Assembly (NCBI GenBank): GCA_038087875.1
Contig: CM075988.1
Coordinates: 3,720,001-3,784,000 of the forward strand
Length of the DNA: 64,000 nt
Direction of reading: 5' to 3'
Source of the DNA: Malacoraja senta
Lineage: Eukaryota
A program made the position numbers and the translations under genes. Positions 61,128 through 64,000 of the stretch are shown here, piece by piece (the stretch's first letter is position 1; each line of letters begins with the position of its first letter). The notes under the pieces are model-generated. The model made no database searches. It was not told where the DNA came from and saw only the letters and a list, made by a program, of their open reading frames with translations.

Positions 61128-63792
61128 TTATGCAAATTTTATCGATGACTTTACAGAATTATTGTCTAGCATTTCCACTGACTTTGACTGTCTAGTTATA
61201 ACTGGTGATTTTAATTTTCATACTGATGATTTGAATGACAAGGGTGCAAAAGAACTTTTTTACTATTTTAGACACATTTGAAATGTCTCAACATGTGAAA
61301 GAGGCTACTCATTGTAAGGGGCATACCCTGGACTTGATTATCACAAAGGGTCTCAATGTTTCTGATATTTTTGTGACTGATCCTTCATTGTCTGACCACT
61401 TCTGTGTTTTCTTTAATATATCTTTTATTCCCGACATACAGACAAAATCAAATACTGTCAAAAAACGGTATATAAATGAACATTCTAATGTACTCTTTAA
61501 AAATGCCATCTCCTTGTTACCACCTCTAAACCCATGTTCTGCTGATGATCTTGTAGATAACTTTAATTCCAAAATTGTGAAAGTTATAGATGTCATTGCA
61601 CCTGTTATGGTTAAAACGATTTCTGGTAAGCAAAAGGCACCCTGGAGAAAAGCTGCTTTTGTAACAGCCCAGAAAAGAGAATGCCGGAAAGCTGAACGCA
61701 TCTGGCGGAAAACAAAACTTCATATTCACCATGACATCTATAAAGAGAGCCTCCGTGCCTACAATTTAGATTTAAAAAGTGCTAGAGAAACATTTTTCTC
61801 CAATATCATTAACAACAACACTAATAAGGCAAAAACCCTATTTGCAACTGTTGACAGACTGACCACCCCCCCAACACAAATACCACCTGAACTCCATTCC
61901 ACGCAGAAATGCAATGAGTTTGCATTCTTTTATACTGATAAAATTGAAGGCATCAGACGTGCCATCAATATCTCTGCTTCAAACAAAAACGTTGGATCAC
62001 CACCCTGTTTAGGCAAAAGTAACGTGGCAATGATGACATGCTTTAATGTCATAGACTCTAAAACTCTTGTGGAAACGGTGACACAACTAAGGCCATCCAC
62101 CTGCTGCCTTGATGCTTTACCTACCAACTTCTTTAAGAATGTTTTTGACTGCCTAGCAATAGACATACTGCAAATAGTTAACAGCTCTCTTCAATCAGGC
62201 AATTTCCCAATTTCCCTTGAAAACTGCAGTTATTAAACCCCTTTTAAAAAAGCGGAGCCTAGATGCCTCTATTATTAACAACTATAGACCAATATCAAAC
62301 CTACCTTTCATAAGTAAAATCATTGAGAAAGTTGTCCTCCAGCAACTTAATCACTTCCTGGCTTCAACTGGCTGCTACGACAACTTCCAGTCAGGATTTC
62401 GACCTCTTCATAGCACTGAGACAGCCCTTATTAAAGTTGTAAATGACATCCGTCTTAACACAGACTCTGGCAAAGTTTCAATATTAATGCTATTAGACCT
62501 CAGTGCTGCATTCGACACTGTTGATCACTCAATACTTTTGGACAGGTTGGAAAAACGGGTGGGGCTTTCAGGCACAGTCTTAAGTTGGTTCAGGTCATAT
62601 CTACAAGATAGGAACTATTTTGTTTCCATTGGCGACTTTGTATCAGAACCAACCAACGTGACGTGTGGAGTCCCGCAAGGTTCGATCTTAGGGCCCTCTT
62701 TATTCAACATCTACATGCTCCCACTAGGGCAAATCATGCAAAATAATAATATTGATCACCACTGCTATGCCGATGACACTCAAATCTATGTAGCGCTATC
62801 ACCAAATGACTATCGCCGCATAGATCTGCTGTGCCAGTGCATTGAGCAAGTCAAAGACTGGATGTGCCAACATTTCCTCCAACTAAATAAGGACAAAACG
62901 GAGATAATTGTTTTTGGTGCTAAAAAAGAAAGGCTTAAAGTAACCCAACACCTTCACTCTCTGTCCCTGAAAACTTCAAACAAAGCCAGAAATCTCGGGG
63001 TTATTATGGATTCAGATTTACATTTCAACAGTCACATTAAATCAGTAACAAAATCGGCCTACTATCACCTCAAAAACGTAGCAAGACTAAGAGGACTCAT
63101 GTCAGCTCAAGACTTAGAAAACCTTGTACATGCCTTTATTACTAGTAGGCTAGATTATTGTAACGGTCTCCTTGCAGGTCTCCTCAGGCAGCTACAGCTT
63201 GTTCAGAACGCTGTTGCTAGAGTTCTAACAAAGACCAAAAAATTTGAACACATTACACCAATTCTTAAATCCTTACATTGGCTCCCTGTATGTCAGAGAA
63301 TTGATTTCAAAATCCTGCTGCTCACCTATAAATCACTACATGGTTTAGGGCCAAAGTATATCACTGACATGCTTCCACTATATAAGCCTTCTAGACCGAT
63401 CGCTAAGATCTTCTGAGACCAATCTGTTAGTGATTCCCAGAGTAAATACAAAACATGGGAAAGCAGGATTTAGTTACGATGCAACAAATAGCTGGAATAA
63501 ACTTCCTGAAGATTTAAGACTTGCCCCTACTTTCACCACTTTTAAAACAAGGCTGAAAACTTTTATGTTTACTTTAGCTTTCAGCTAAATCTTAACTACA
63601 TTGCACTTTTAACTTTGGCACTTTTCTATAATGCATTTTTAACTTTGCTTTTATTTTCTTTTAATTCTTCTATTTTATTTCATTTTATTATTTCATTTTA
63701 TTGTATGACATGTTTTTATGTGAAGCACTTTGAGTCTGCCTCGTGTATGAAATGTGCTATATAAATACAGTTGCAGTTGCAGTTGCAGTTGC
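61128..63792 (+). mobile_element. Young 5'-truncated L2-clade LINE (APE C-terminal part + RT)
   Basis: VITGDFNFH, THCKGHTLDLII, LSDHFCV; NNYRPISNLPFISKIIEK, QSGFRPLHSTETAL, LLDLSAAFDTVDH, GVPQGSILGP, HCYADDTQIY, HITPILKSLHWLPV. Few frameshifts (about 61260, 62215, 63400); (cagttg)n tail; TSD aagtata at 61121-61127 and 63793-63799. Confidence 0.93.
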
Positions 63793-63804
63793 AAGTATAG
63801 TGTT

Positions 63805-63935
63805 AGTTTAGTTTTTAGTTTAGTCTAGAGATACAGCACGGAAACAGGCCCTTCGGCCCACCGAGTCCGCACCGACTGGCGATCCCTGCACATTAATACT
63901 ACCCTACACACACTAGGGATCATTTACAATTATAC
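63805..63935 (-). mobile_element. V-SINE tail fragment
   Basis: (tttag)n agagatacagcacggaaacaggcccttcggcccaccgagtcc. Confidence 0.75.
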
Positions 63936-64000
63936 TAGTGTGGTTATTCTCACCGGTTTTACCAGTGAGGTTAGTGTACGCGGATCGCTGGTCAGTGTGG

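Larger units (their letters stand above)
1156..64000 (-). other. Probable large upstream intron of the KIRREL3-like gene
   Basis: No exon resembling the preceding Ig1 exons (e.g. YECQA...RLTVL) was found by eye upstream on the minus strand, and the region is dominated by repeats. Inference; an exon could be hidden in the gap. Confidence 0.6.

Overview
Vertebrate, repeat-dominated genomic DNA. The repeat landscape (HE1-like tRNA-derived V-SINEs, CR1 LINEs, Penelope elements) points to a cartilaginous fish, probably a skate or ray (inference). The only host coding sequence I can support is one 158-bp exon on the minus strand (998-1155) encoding part of an Ig domain of a KIRREL3-like (Neph family) protein. 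The remaining ~63 kb appears to be its upstream intron. It contains about 25 V-SINEs, many CR1 fragments and one near-full-length CR1 with an esterase ORF1, and a young 5'-truncated L2. It also contains Tx1-type L1 3' ends, a Penelope (RT + GIY-YIG) element, a DIRS1-type tyrosine-recombinase retroelement with intact ITR/ICR termini, a solo LTR, Harbinger-like MITEs, a hAT-like element with three nested right ends, microsatellites and a 200-N assembly gap. The most notable observations are: (i) many short Penelope-derived inserts carrying a minimal hammerhead-ribozyme motif, including a tandem array; (ii) a DIRS element with nearly pristine termini but ruined ORFs; (iii) an unexplained CpG-rich ~160-nt segment (4353-4512) with five nested perfect helices; (iv) two LINEs that look foreign to the local repeat landscape. 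All family assignments come from motif recognition by eye, not database searches. Most repeat boundaries are approximate unless a target-site duplication (TSD) is quoted.
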